Below are positions 17,982-27,567 of a DNA stretch of 64,000 bases, piece by piece. Under the pieces are notes generated by a model. The model had not been told where the DNA came from. It saw nothing but the letters and a program-made list of their open reading frames with translations, and searched no databases. Positions within the stretch are counted from its first letter, which is position 1. Each line of letters starts with the position of its first letter. The position numbers and the translations under genes are program-made. This DNA is from Polyangiaceae bacterium (GTDB taxonomy: Bacteria > Myxococcota_A > Polyangia > Polyangiales > Polyangiaceae): NCBI GenBank assembly GCA_044222475.1, contig JBGANF010000023.1, forward strand, positions 1-64,000. Reading direction: 5' to 3'.

Positions 17982-19081
17982 TGTCACGCGAGCGCCCGAT
18001 GCGCGCGCTCACCGTGCTCCCGAGCCTCGAAGCGCGGCGGAAAGCGCTCGAGACGTGCGTCTACTGTCCCAAGCTCTGCCGAAGCGCGTGTCCGGTGTCG
18101 AACGCCGAGCCGCGCGAGACGCTCACGCCGTGGGGGAAGATGTCCTCGGCGGCGCACGCGGCGCACGGCGACGTCGCGCTCGACGCGTCGTTCACGAGCA
18201 CCGCGTATGCGTGCACCGGGTGCATGGCGTGCCGCGAAGCATGCGATCACGGGAACCCGGTCGCGAGCACGCTGCTCGACGCGCGAAGCGCGTTCGCCGA
18301 CGCGGGCGCGAGCCCGAAAGAGGCGGACGCCGTGCGCGCGGGCTGGGGCGCTCACCGTGAACGCACGAAAGACGCCGCGCGATCCGCCGGTACCACGACC
18401 GGCGGCCGCGCGTTACTTGTAGGTTGCACGTATTTGACCAAGCTCCCCGACACTGCGGGCGACGCTGTCGCGGTCGCCCGCGCGATTCACGGCGACGTGT
18501 CGATCGTCGACGACTGCTGCGGTCTCCCGCTCCTCCTCGCCGGAGACCGCGAGCGCTTTCGTCATCACGTGAACGAGCTCGCAGAGCGGATCGGCACGTC
18601 GACGCTGACGGTAGTCGACCCCGGCTGCGCCATGGCGCTGCGAGAGCACGCGCCCGAGCAAGGCGCCGCCAAGATCGACGTCTCGCTCCTCGTCGAGGAG
18701 ATCGCGGCCGCTCCGGAGCGGTTCGTCGCGCGCTCCGCGAGCGCGGGCAACGCCCCCGTTCGCTACCACGACCCCTGCCAACTCGGGCGCGGGCTCGGCG
18801 TGTACGAAGCGCCGCGTCAGGTGTTGACGCGAGCCCTCGGCCAGGCGCCGGCGGAGTTCATCCGCTCGCGCGCGTACGGTGCGTGCGCCGGCGCCGGCGG
18901 GCTCCTACCGAAGACGATGCCCGAGACGTCGCGCGCGATCGCGGCCGAACGAAAGCGCGAGCACGACGAAGCGGGCGGCGGGACGATCGTCACCGCGTGC
19001 GCATCGAGCACGATCGCGCTGAGGAAGACGCACGCCGAGGTCGTCGATCTCGTCACCATCGCGCGCCGCGGGCTGCGCTGA
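17981..19081 (+). CDS. (Fe-S)-binding oxidoreductase subunit (GlcF/HdrD-like, CCG domains)
   Basis: CVYCPKLCRSACP, CTGCMACREAC, CCG, YHDPCQLGR, TACAS; TGATG overlap with upstream gene. Confidence 0.88.
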   Translation: MSRERPMRALTVLPSLEARRKALETCVYCPKLCRSACPVSNAEPRETLTPWGKMSSAAHAAHGDVALDASFTSTAYACTGCMACREACDHGNPVASTLLDARSAFADAGASPKEADAVRAGWGAHRERTKDAARSAGTTTGGRALLVGCTYLTKLPDTAGDAVAVARAIHGDVSIVDDCCGLPLLLAGDRERFRHHVNELAERIGTSTLTVVDPGCAMALREHAPEQGAAKIDVSLLVEEIAAAPERFVARSASAGNAPVRYHDPCQLGRGLGVYEAPRQVLTRALGQAPAEFIRSRAYGACAGAGGLLPKTMPETSRAIAAERKREHDEAGGGTIVTACASSTIALRKTHAEVVDLVTIARRGLR

Positions 19082-19091
19082 GGGGGCGGGC

Positions 19092-19691
19092 GTGGACGAG
19101 CTGATCATCCCGCCGCCCCAGTCGAAGAAGGACACGCCGCCGGTCACCGCGGTGCGCGCGTTCGTGTTCCTCAGCGGGCAGAAGTGGATGCAGAAGAAGG
19201 GCGTCTTCGCGAAGTTCCAGGAGCTGCTCCCCGAGCACCTCCGCAAATACCTCACGACGATGACCGCGACGGATTGGCTCCCGCTCGACGACGCGCTCGA
19301 GGTCTACGCGACGCTCGATCGACTGGAGCTCAACGCGTCCGAGCAGGTCGAGCTCGGGCGCACGGTGTCGGCGGCGAACAACGGCCTCGTCATCACGACG
19401 CTCTCCCGACTCGCGGGCGGCGTCGGCGTGACCCCGTGGTTCGCGCTCCAGCACGCGCACCGCACCTGGTTGCGATCGAACCGCGGCGGAGCGATCGCGG
19501 TCTACAAGATCGCCGACAAAGCGTGTCGGCTCGAGTTCTGGCAGGTGCCTCTCGCGCGATCTCCGTTCTTCGTGACGAGCATGCGAGGGGCGATCGCGGT
19601 GGGCATCGAGCCGTTCTGCAAGCGCCTCGTCGTCAGCGAGCTCGCCACGTACACGACGAGTGACGGCTTCGCGCTTCGCCTCGCGTGGTGA
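19092..19691 (+). CDS. Myxobacterial hypothetical protein (possibly DUF2378/V4R-like fold)
   Basis: 199-aa ORF with TDWLPL...ELGR pattern seen in myxobacterial paralogous families; family call tentative. Confidence 0.55.
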   Translation: MDELIIPPPQSKKDTPPVTAVRAFVFLSGQKWMQKKGVFAKFQELLPEHLRKYLTTMTATDWLPLDDALEVYATLDRLELNASEQVELGRTVSAANNGLVITTLSRLAGGVGVTPWFALQHAHRTWLRSNRGGAIAVYKIADKACRLEFWQVPLARSPFFVTSMRGAIAVGIEPFCKRLVVSELATYTTSDGFALRLAW

Positions 19692-19697
19692 TCGCGC

Positions 19698-20753
19698 CTA
19701 CTCCGGTTCGACGGCGCCTTCCGCGATCCACATGCCGTCGTCGGCGCCGATCTCGCGGCCCCGCAGCTCGACGCGGATCGCGTGTCCGTCGGTCTCCCAG
19801 CCGTCCAGCAGGGCGCCTCGCTCGAAGACCGCATCGCCGAACGGCTGGTGATCGTCACCCACGAGCACGGGAGCTTCGGTGCGCACGCGGAGCCGGCGCG
19901 GTCGCGACGATCCGCCGGATCCGCCTACGCCCGACATGCCGAAGCCGCGGTACGACGCGGACCCATCGACCTCGGACGCGCGCACCCAACCGTCGATGCC
20001 GAGGCCGCCGGAGTGCCACGCGACACGGAGCCAATCACCGCGACGCTCTCGCACGGAGAGCGCGATGCCGTCACCGTCGAAGCCGAGAGTGAGCACCTCG
20101 GCTCCGGCCGGCGCGTCGCGAAGGACTAGGGCGTCTCCGGTCGGGCCCACGGCATCTTCGTCGTCGTCGGTGGTGTCGCTCGGTGGGTCGAGCGCGGTCG
20201 GCTCGTAGGCGACGGTGGCGCAGGGTGCGCGCGGCTCGAAGAACTCGGGGCGCGCGAAGGGAGACTTGCGACGCACGACGAGCGACCCGCGCTCGATGCC
20301 GACGACCTCGACCTGGACGCCGCGATCGATCCACGCGTGATCGGGGACGACGAACGTCGTCACTCGGAGCTGGAAACCACGACCGGCGAGGTCGGCGAAC
20401 GCGTGCGCGCGGATGAGCTTCTGTCCGCCGATCGTGATCGCTGCGCGACGCAGGCCAGCTCCGTCGGCGGTCGAAGGAAACGAGGACCACGTCACGCCGA
20501 CCTTCGTCGTCTCGAGGATCGTCAGCCCGTGCGCAGTCGACCGCGGCTCGGCGAAGACGAAGAACTCCGGAGCTTCGACGTTCGCTTCGAGGAGCTCACC
20601 GGTGCCGGCGACCGCACAGTGATCCGTCGACTCCGGCGTGGGAGCGATCGCGACGGCCCGCGGAAGGGACACGACCTCCGCCGTTTGGACGCGGGGCGAG
20701 CACGCGACCGCGAGGACGGCGAGACCGAGGACGCGCGGGACGGGAGAGGTCAT
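19698..20753 (-). CDS. Hypothetical lipoprotein, possible SH3-like domain
   Basis: Lipobox AVAC; RERRGDWLRV...IDGWV SH3b-like motif. Confidence 0.65.
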   Translation of the reverse strand: MTSPVPRVLGLAVLAVACSPRVQTAEVVSLPRAVAIAPTPESTDHCAVAGTGELLEANVEAPEFFVFAEPRSTAHGLTILETTKVGVTWSSFPSTADGAGLRRAAITIGGQKLIRAHAFADLAGRGFQLRVTTFVVPDHAWIDRGVQVEVVGIERGSLVVRRKSPFARPEFFEPRAPCATVAYEPTALDPPSDTTDDDEDAVGPTGDALVLRDAPAGAEVLTLGFDGDGIALSVRERRGDWLRVAWHSGGLGIDGWVRASEVDGSASYRGFGMSGVGGSGGSSRPRRLRVRTEAPVLVGDDHQPFGDAVFERGALLDGWETDGHAIRVELRGREIGADDGMWIAEGAVEPE

Positions 20754-20789
20754 CCTCTTCGTCTGACCGTCGAGCGGGGATTTGGTTCC

Positions 20790-21764
20790 TCAGAACCGCC
20801 CGACGAACGTCCCGAAGGCGCCGTTCGGGGCGATACCGGGCACGAACGCGACCGACGACTTGCTCTTCGGGGCGAGGACGAACAGCGTGATCCCGACCGC
20901 CAGCGCGACGCCACCGGCGACGAACATGATGGTCGAGATCGTCGCGGCGTCCTTGGCTTGCGATCGAAGCGCGAGGCCGTTCGAGTCGCACGTGTTCTGA
21001 GCGTCGCAGTGGTTCGCGTCGTTGGACTCGGAGAGCTTCGACGATGCGATGACGCCGAACACGGATCCGACGACGATGCCCACGAGGCCGACTCCGCCGA
21101 TCGCGCCGCCGGCGATGCGCATCGGGGTGCCGGGCGAGCTCGACTCTTCGGGAGGAGGGGGCGGCGGCGCCGCGACCTTCTCCTCTTGGACCACGAGGAC
21201 GACGGAAGCGGTGCCCGACTCGGCGACCTCCACGGTTTGCTCCGTGCGCTTCGCGTTCGTCGCCTCGACGGTGACGAGGTGCTTGCCCGGATCGATCAAC
21301 ACGGCGTTGCCGAGATCGGACGCGGGGACGTCCTTGCCGTCGCACGTGATGCGCAAACCGGCGGGTGCCGGAGTCGGCGCGACGAGCGTGAGCTTCGAGA
21401 GCTTGGGCTCGAGCGCAGCCGCGCGTTGGAGCGCGATCTTGTCGCGGCCCTTCGAGTCCTTCGCTTCGACCGCGAGCCGCGCGGCCTCCTTGAAGGCCTT
21501 GTACGCGCTGTACGTCTTGCCGCTGCGCTCGTAGCAGTCGGCGAGCCAGAGTTGCCCGCCGACGCCCGGGTCGAGCTTGAGGCTCGCTTCGATCTTCGGG
21601 CACGCCTCGGCGAATTTGCCGTCCTTCATGAGCGCCGTGCCTTCGTCGAACAACCGATCCGCTTCGGTCTTCGGAGCTTCTGCGCGGGCCGCGCCCGAGA
21701 CGGTGAGCGCGAAGGCGGCGACGAGAACGGCGAGCTTCGTCCTCACGTGATTCACGCCGTTCAC
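20790..21764 (-). CDS. Exported TPR + PEGA-like protein with C-terminal hydrophobic hairpin
   Basis: Signal peptide (AARA); TPR ADRLFDEG...ACPKIEASLKLDPGVG...LADCYE; PEGA-like IDPGKHLVTVEA; ends GTFVGRF; GTGA overlap with the kinase stop. Confidence 0.85.
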   Translation of the reverse strand: MNGVNHVRTKLAVLVAAFALTVSGAARAEAPKTEADRLFDEGTALMKDGKFAEACPKIEASLKLDPGVGGQLWLADCYERSGKTYSAYKAFKEAARLAVEAKDSKGRDKIALQRAAALEPKLSKLTLVAPTPAPAGLRITCDGKDVPASDLGNAVLIDPGKHLVTVEATNAKRTEQTVEVAESGTASVVLVVQEEKVAAPPPPPPEESSSPGTPMRIAGGAIGGVGLVGIVVGSVFGVIASSKLSESNDANHCDAQNTCDSNGLALRSQAKDAATISTIMFVAGGVALAVGITLFVLAPKSKSSVAFVPGIAPNGAFGTFVGRF

Positions 21765-23650
21765 TTTCGCCCGCCGAACGCGCTGTTGTCGATGGGCTTC
21801 GGCTTCGATGTCGTGGCAGTCGGCACCGCGGTCGGCTTGATCGCGGTGGTCACCACCGTCGTGGTCGGACGCGGCCCGGTCGTCGTCGGAACCGCCGTCG
21901 GCTTCACGGTAGTCGTGGGGAGCGGCGACGTTGCGCTGGCGACGGTCGTCGTGGTCGCGGTCGTCGTCGTCGTCGTCGTTGCGGTCGCGGTCGCGGTCGT
22001 GGTCGTCGCGGTGGTCGTGGTCGGTACCTCCGCGGTCTGCGTCGCGGTCTGGGTCGCCGTCGTCTTCGTGGTCGTCGGTGGGGGCGGAGTCTCTCCGCGC
22101 GACTTGAGGACGATCACCGCCCCTCCGACGCCGACGATGAGCAGGATCGGAATGGCGAGCAACCACGTAGGTACACGGCGTTGCGCGGGGGCGACCGGTG
22201 CCACTTGCGGTGCCATTGGCGGCGGCGCGAACTGCGGCGGCGGCGGCGCTTGGCCGGGCACGAAGGCCCCGGGCGGCAGCGCGGGGTTCGCCCCGGACTG
22301 CATCGCTTGGAGCACTGCAGCCGGATAGAACTCGGGCACCGTGGCCGGCTGGGGGATGTTCGGCATCGCCGCGGGGGCGGCCGGCGGAGGCGCGGGCGGA
22401 GTCATTGGCAAGCCGTTCGCGTCGACCGCCGGCTGCTCGTCGATGTCGAGGTCGATGCGGGTCGCGAGGTCGTCGTGGTCCGACGTGAGGTTGCCCAGGT
22501 TTCGCAGCTCGGGCTGCGGCGGCGGCTCCGGAGGCGGTTGGACGACCGGAGCGGCGTGCGAGCCCGACTCGGGCGTCGCACCGTTCACGGGATCGAGAGC
22601 GTCCGTCCGAGGGGGTGAGAACGGCTGCGCCAGGGCGACCCCGCTCCGTGAGACGTCGCTTCGGGTGAGCCACGTCCGCACGAGATCGCGGTGCGCGGTG
22701 ATCTCCTGGCCGACGAGCTCGTTCACGAGGGCCGCCGACTCGCGCGCGGTGAACATCGTACCGGCCGTGCGGGCGGCCGCCTCGAGCGCATCCCCGAAAT
22801 CCGCGGCGGTCGCCCAGCGATCGGCGGGGTCCTTCGCGAGCGCCCGGAGGCACACCTCGGCGATGGGCGGCGGGAGACCGGGCACCAACTGGGTGAGCTC
22901 GGGCACCTCGGCGGCGGCGACCTTGAAGAGCGTCTCGCCGTCGGTCTCGGCTTTGAAGAGCCGTTCGCCGGCCAACATTTCCCAGAGGACGATGCCGGCG
23001 GCGAAGACGTCCACCCGTCGGTCGACGACCCCGCCTCGAATCTGCTCGGGCGCCATGTACGCGAGCTTCCCCTTGAGGTGCCCGGTCTGGGTGCGCTCGC
23101 CGATGCGGGCCGCCGCGCGAGCGACGCCGAAGTCGGTGATGCGCGCGACGCCGTCGACACCGACGAGGATGTTCTGCGGCGACACGTCGCGATGGATGAT
23201 CTCGAGCGGCTTGCCTTCGTCGTTCGCGAGCTCGTGAGCGGCGTGAAGCCCCGCGAGAGTGTCGACCAGGACGCGCACGGTGAACCCGATCGGGAGCAAC
23301 TTTGCGCTGTGCTTCGCGCGAACGATGAGGCGCGAGGCCGTGTCGCCCTCGATGTAGTCCATGACGAGGAAGTACTGCTCGTCCTTCATGCCGATCTCGA
23401 AGATCGGGACTACGTTCGGGTGATGGATGCGGGCCGCGAGCTTCGCCTCGTCGATGAACATCGCGACGAAGTCGGGATCTTTCGCGAGGTGCGGGTGCAG
23501 CCGCTTGACCGCGAAGAACCTGCGGAAGTCGACCATGCCGATGGCGCGCGCGAGGTACACCGTCGCCATACCGCCGCTGGCGATCTCCGCGACCAGCTCG
23601 TAGCGTCCGAGCTGCTCCCCCGCGCCTGGTTCTGCAAGAAGCTTGGTCAA
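21761..23650 (-). CDS. Membrane-anchored Hanks-type Ser/Thr protein kinase
   Basis: IASGGMATVY, AVKRL, HRDVSPQN, DFG, YMAPE; TM helix; Thr-rich C-terminal stalk. Confidence 0.97.
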   Translation of the reverse strand: MTKLLAEPGAGEQLGRYELVAEIASGGMATVYLARAIGMVDFRRFFAVKRLHPHLAKDPDFVAMFIDEAKLAARIHHPNVVPIFEIGMKDEQYFLVMDYIEGDTASRLIVRAKHSAKLLPIGFTVRVLVDTLAGLHAAHELANDEGKPLEIIHRDVSPQNILVGVDGVARITDFGVARAAARIGERTQTGHLKGKLAYMAPEQIRGGVVDRRVDVFAAGIVLWEMLAGERLFKAETDGETLFKVAAAEVPELTQLVPGLPPPIAEVCLRALAKDPADRWATAADFGDALEAAARTAGTMFTARESAALVNELVGQEITAHRDLVRTWLTRSDVSRSGVALAQPFSPPRTDALDPVNGATPESGSHAAPVVQPPPEPPPQPELRNLGNLTSDHDDLATRIDLDIDEQPAVDANGLPMTPPAPPPAAPAAMPNIPQPATVPEFYPAAVLQAMQSGANPALPPGAFVPGQAPPPPQFAPPPMAPQVAPVAPAQRRVPTWLLAIPILLIVGVGGAVIVLKSRGETPPPPTTTKTTATQTATQTAEVPTTTTATTTTATATATTTTTTTATTTTVASATSPLPTTTVKPTAVPTTTGPRPTTTVVTTAIKPTAVPTATTSKPKPIDNSAFGGRK

Positions 23651-23732
23651 GGCTGCACTCTCCAGCGTACCCCGTCCATCGACTGTCGTCAGTTGGAGAT
23701 GATACCCACAAGTGCGCTAGTCTTCCTACATC

Positions 23733-25325
23733 GTGGCATCTGCAGACTCGCTCGGTGATGCGCACGCGCCTGCGCGCCGTACCGTAGCGAGCCGCGTCCT
23801 CCTTTCGTTCGCCCTCATGCTCGCGGCGTTCCTCGTCACCGCGACGTGGAGCATCGTCGCCCAGCGCCGCACGGCCGCGGACAGCGAGGAGCTCGCGAAG
23901 GGCTTCGTCCCGGTGGCGCTCAAGCTCGGCCAGCTCCGCGCGACCCAGGCGGCGATCTCGACGATCGTCGAGGGCCTGCCCGACGAGCGCGACCCCATCG
24001 GCGCGCGCATGCTCCTGAGCGCCCTCTCGGGCGCGCGCCAGGCCAAGCTCGTCGAGACCCGCGCCGCGATCGCCGGCTTGGAGGCCGTCGGCACGGACGA
24101 GTCGAAGCAGCTCGCTCGGCAATGGAGCGACGAGCTCGACGGCTTCGAGGCGGGCCTCGTCCCCGAGAAGGCCGCGTTCGAGCGGCTGTTCGCCGCGACC
24201 GCGAGCGGCGACGCCGACGGGATCAACCGTACGTTGATCGAGGTCGGCCCGGTCGAGCTCGACGCGGACCACCGCCTCCACACCCTCGCCGACCACGTGT
24301 CGACGTCGATGGACGCCCTCAGCATCGCCGCGAAAGCCCGCCTCGCCCGGGCGGTGTACTCCGTCATCGGGCTCGTCGTCCTCACGCTCGCGGTGAGCGT
24401 CGCGGTGACGATGCACGTGCGGCGCATCCTCGCGCCGCTCGCGCGCGTGACCGAGCGCGCGAAGGCGGTCGGGCGCGGAGATCTCACGCCGAAGGAGGTG
24501 CCGGAGGGAGGCGACGAGATCGGCGAGCTCGCGGTGAGCTTCGAGCGGATGGTCGGTGCGCTCTCGCGGGCGCAACGCGAGGCGCTCGAGAGCGAGCGTC
24601 TCGCCGCGATCGGCAAGATGGCAGCGCACGTCACTCACGAGATTCGGAACCCGCTGTCGTCGATCGGCCTCAACGTCGAGCTGTTGGAGGAGGAGCTCGC
24701 GGAGGCGGAGCCCAAGGCCGGCCATGGAGAGGAAGCGCGCGGGATCCTCTCGGCGATTCGACGCGAGGTCGAGCGCCTCGAGTCGCTCTCCGAGGAGTAC
24801 CTGAGGATGGCGCGCCTCCCGCAGCCGCGCATGGAAGCGGACGACGTCGCGCAGGCCGTGCGTGACGTCGCGACGTTCTCGAAGAAGGAGATGGAACGCG
24901 CGGGGTGCACGATCGAGCTCGTCGTCGAGGGCGACGCCGACGGGCGGGTCCCGCCCGCGTTGTTCGACGAGAACCAGCTCCGCCAAGCGCTCCTCAACCT
25001 GCTCCGCAACGCGCGCGAGGCGATGCCCGACGGCGGCGTCATCGACGTGAAGGTAGGCGCCGAAGGCATGAGCGTCGTGATCCGGGTCGAGGATCGCGGC
25101 GCGGGGATCCCCGACGAAATCCGGTCGCGCGTCTTCGACCCGTTCTTCTCGACGAAGGGCGAGGGCACCGGCCTGGGCCTCGCGATCACGAGGCAGATCG
25201 TCGAAGCCCATGGCGGCGAGCTCGTCTGCGAGGGGCGTCCGGGCGGCGGGACGTCGTTCAAGATCGCGCTCCCCATCGCACCCGCGAAGGCGCAGGCGAT
25301 GCCCCCGCCCAAGGGAGGGACGTGA
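23733..25325 (+). CDS. Sensor histidine kinase (2 TM, HAMP, HisKA, HATPase)
   Basis: HAMP (DEIGELA), H-box HEIRNPL, N-box NLLRNA, DRGAGI, FFSTK, GTGLGL. Confidence 0.96.
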   Translation: MASADSLGDAHAPARRTVASRVLLSFALMLAAFLVTATWSIVAQRRTAADSEELAKGFVPVALKLGQLRATQAAISTIVEGLPDERDPIGARMLLSALSGARQAKLVETRAAIAGLEAVGTDESKQLARQWSDELDGFEAGLVPEKAAFERLFAATASGDADGINRTLIEVGPVELDADHRLHTLADHVSTSMDALSIAAKARLARAVYSVIGLVVLTLAVSVAVTMHVRRILAPLARVTERAKAVGRGDLTPKEVPEGGDEIGELAVSFERMVGALSRAQREALESERLAAIGKMAAHVTHEIRNPLSSIGLNVELLEEELAEAEPKAGHGEEARGILSAIRREVERLESLSEEYLRMARLPQPRMEADDVAQAVRDVATFSKKEMERAGCTIELVVEGDADGRVPPALFDENQLRQALLNLLRNAREAMPDGGVIDVKVGAEGMSVVIRVEDRGAGIPDEIRSRVFDPFFSTKGEGTGLGLAITRQIVEAHGGELVCEGRPGGGTSFKIALPIAPAKAQAMPPPKGGT

Positions 25326-25337
25326 TACATCGGCGCG

Positions 25338-26093
25338 ATGCGTCCCGATTCGCGCGCTCTCGATGCTCACCGTCCCGTGGAGATGATCTGCGGATTCCAC
25401 CGCTTCGCCGAAGGCTCCGTGCTGTATCGCGCGGGCCACACCGTCGTCCTATGCACCGCGTCGATCGACGACAAGGTCCCGCCGTTCCTCGAGGGCAAAG
25501 GCAAGGGGTGGCTCACCGCCGAGTATCAGATGCACCCGCGCGCGAACCCGCAGCGACGTGAGGCGCGCGACGGGCGCGGCAAAGCGCCGAGCGGACGCAC
25601 GCAGGAGATCCAGCGACTCATCGGGCGCGCTCTCCGCGCCGCGGTGGAGCTCGACGATCTCGGCGAGCGCACGATCGCGCTCGACTGCGACGTCCTCGAA
25701 GCCGACGGCGGTACCCGCACCGCGTCGATCACCGGCGGCTTCGTCGCGCTCGCGCTCGCGGTCGACAAGCTGACGAAGAAGGGCACGCTGACGAAGAAGG
25801 TCCTCCGCGACAGCGTCGGCGCCACGAGCGTCGGCTGCGTCACCGGCGACGATCTCGCGCTCGATCTCGTCTACCTCGAGGACTCGAAGGCGCGCGTCGA
25901 TCTCAACGTCGTCGCCACCGGCGACGGAGGCATCGTCGAGGTCCAAGGCACCGCCGAAGGCGAAGCCATTCCGCGGTCGACGCTCGACAAGATGGTCGAT
26001 CTGGGTCTGTCGGGGATCAAGAGCCTCACCCAGATCCAGCGCGAGACGCTGAAGAACGCCGGCGTCGACCTCGACGCGCTCCTGCGCGCGTAG
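25338..26093 (+). CDS. rph: Ribonuclease PH
   Basis: AEGSVL, GWLTAEY, GRTQEIQRLIGRALRA, DVLEADGGTRTASITG, EVQGTAE. Confidence 0.97.
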   Translation: MRPDSRALDAHRPVEMICGFHRFAEGSVLYRAGHTVVLCTASIDDKVPPFLEGKGKGWLTAEYQMHPRANPQRREARDGRGKAPSGRTQEIQRLIGRALRAAVELDDLGERTIALDCDVLEADGGTRTASITGGFVALALAVDKLTKKGTLTKKVLRDSVGATSVGCVTGDDLALDLVYLEDSKARVDLNVVATGDGGIVEVQGTAEGEAIPRSTLDKMVDLGLSGIKSLTQIQRETLKNAGVDLDALLRA

Positions 26094-26105
26094 GATACTC
26101 GGCGC

Positions 26106-26792
26106 GTGAGCGGCAAGGTCACAGAGGGCTCGCGGCATGCGCTGCTCGTCGCGACGAAGAATCGCGGCAAGCTCGTCGAGCTTCGCGCGCTCCTCGCGGA
26201 CCTTCCAGTGGACGTCGTCTCGGTCGACGAGGCGGGCGCGGGCGGGCTCGTGGTCGTCGAGGACGGCGCGACGTTCGAGGCGAACGCTACGAAGAAAGCG
26301 CTCGCGTACGCCGGCGCGACGATGATGCTGACGCTCGCCGACGACTCGGGTCTCGAGGTCGACGCGCTCGGCGGCGCGCCCGGCGTGCGCTCGGCGCGCT
26401 TCGCGGGCGAGACGGCGACCGATGCCGAAAACAACGTCGCGCTCCTCGCCGCGCTCGAAGGTTCCTCGATCACGATGCCGCCCGAACGCGGCGCGGGCGG
26501 CTACCCGGCGCGGTTCCGCTGCGTGCTCGCGCTCCACGATCCCTACGCCAACGCGCCGCCGACGATCGTCGAGGGCGTGTGCGAGGGCGGGATCGTCGGC
26601 TCGCCGCGGGGTGGCGGTGGGTTCGGCTACGATCCGTTGTTCCTCGTCGCCGGACGCGACCAGACGATGGCCGAGCTCGACAAGGAGAAGAACGAGATCA
26701 GCCATCGGGCGCGCGCGTTCGCCAAGGTCAAACCGCTGATCGAGAAGCGCATCCACGCACGCGACGAAGCGATTCGGCGCATCGTCGGCTGA
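26106..26792 (+). CDS. rdgB: Non-canonical purine NTP pyrophosphatase (RdgB/HAM1)
   Basis: ATKNRGK, ADDSGL, PGVRSAR, GFGYDP, ISHR; conserved rph-rdgB synteny. Confidence 0.96.
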   Translation: MSGKVTEGSRHALLVATKNRGKLVELRALLADLPVDVVSVDEAGAGGLVVVEDGATFEANATKKALAYAGATMMLTLADDSGLEVDALGGAPGVRSARFAGETATDAENNVALLAALEGSSITMPPERGAGGYPARFRCVLALHDPYANAPPTIVEGVCEGGIVGSPRGGGGFGYDPLFLVAGRDQTMAELDKEKNEISHRARAFAKVKPLIEKRIHARDEAIRRIVG

Positions 26793-26804
26793 GGGTCGAC
26801 CACG

Positions 26805-27155
26805 ATGACGCCGATGTCTCCCTCTGGATGGAAAGCCCTCGGGCGCTACGGAAGCGTCGGCTTCGAGCTGCTCGCGTCGATCGCGATCGGCTTCTTCGTG
26901 GGCCGTTGGCTCGACCGCCATTTCGGCTGGACCAGCGTGGGGACCATCGGCGGAACCATCCTCGGGACGTACACCGGCTTCCGAACCCTGTTCAAACGCG
27001 CGAAGGAGGCCGAGCGCGAGATGGACCGCGAGGACGCCGAGGCGCGGCGGCTAGCGCGAGAAGAAGAAAAAATTTCGCGCCTCAAGGACGACGACGAGGC
27101 GGACCGGAAGGACGCCGTGAAAAGCGAAGACGAGGACGACGAGGAGGGGCCGTGA
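26805..27155 (+). CDS. AtpZ/AtpI family ATP synthase accessory protein
   Basis: Two TM helices with G.WLD..FG motif; first gene of the F0 cluster. Confidence 0.85.
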   Translation: MTPMSPSGWKALGRYGSVGFELLASIAIGFFVGRWLDRHFGWTSVGTIGGTILGTYTGFRTLFKRAKEAEREMDREDAEARRLAREEEKISRLKDDDEADRKDAVKSEDEDDEEGP

Positions 27156-27553
27156 TGGGCAAGCTCTTCGCCGATTTCGATCCGCGCCTCCGCACGACGA
27201 TGTTCGTCGTGCTCGCGCTGGGGACGCTGCTGGCGCTGATTGGGGGCACGAAATTCGGCTTCCAGGCGGGCCTGTCGGTGGCGGTCGGCGCCGGGGCCGC
27301 AGCCGCGAACCTGTACGCCCTCGCGAAAATCATTCGCGCTTTGACGACCCCCGGAGCGACCCGAAGCGTCGCCGGCTGGTCGATCGCCTTTGCGCTCAAG
27401 CTGGTCTTCCTCGTGGGCGGGCTCTGGCTCCTCCTGACGTGGGGAGTGGTGTCGACCCTGCCCTTGCTGATCGGCTATGGAACCCTACCGATTGGGATTG
27501 CCATCAGCTCGCTCGTGAGCGACAAAGCGGACGACGGTTCGTCCGAAGACTGA
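27155..27553 (+). CDS. atpI: ATP synthase subunit I-like 4-TM protein
   Basis: Four hydrophobic helices; position between the AtpZ-like gene and atpB; TGATG coupling. Confidence 0.75.
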   Translation: MGKLFADFDPRLRTTMFVVLALGTLLALIGGTKFGFQAGLSVAVGAGAAAANLYALAKIIRALTTPGATRSVAGWSIAFALKLVFLVGGLWLLLTWGVVSTLPLLIGYGTLPIGIAISSLVSDKADDGSSED

Positions 27554-27567
27554 GATTCGCCTCCGCC

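Noticed and set aside
21940..22075. GTC/GTCGCG microsatellite-like tracts (also 49270-49400)
   Set aside because: They encode the Thr/Ala-rich kinase stalks and are covered under the kinase findings.
20790..25439. 1549-aa minus-strand ORF
   Set aside because: Only the last ~325 codons are protein-like. The rest is an off-frame or antisense shadow of the Ser/Thr and histidine kinase genes, an effect of high GC.
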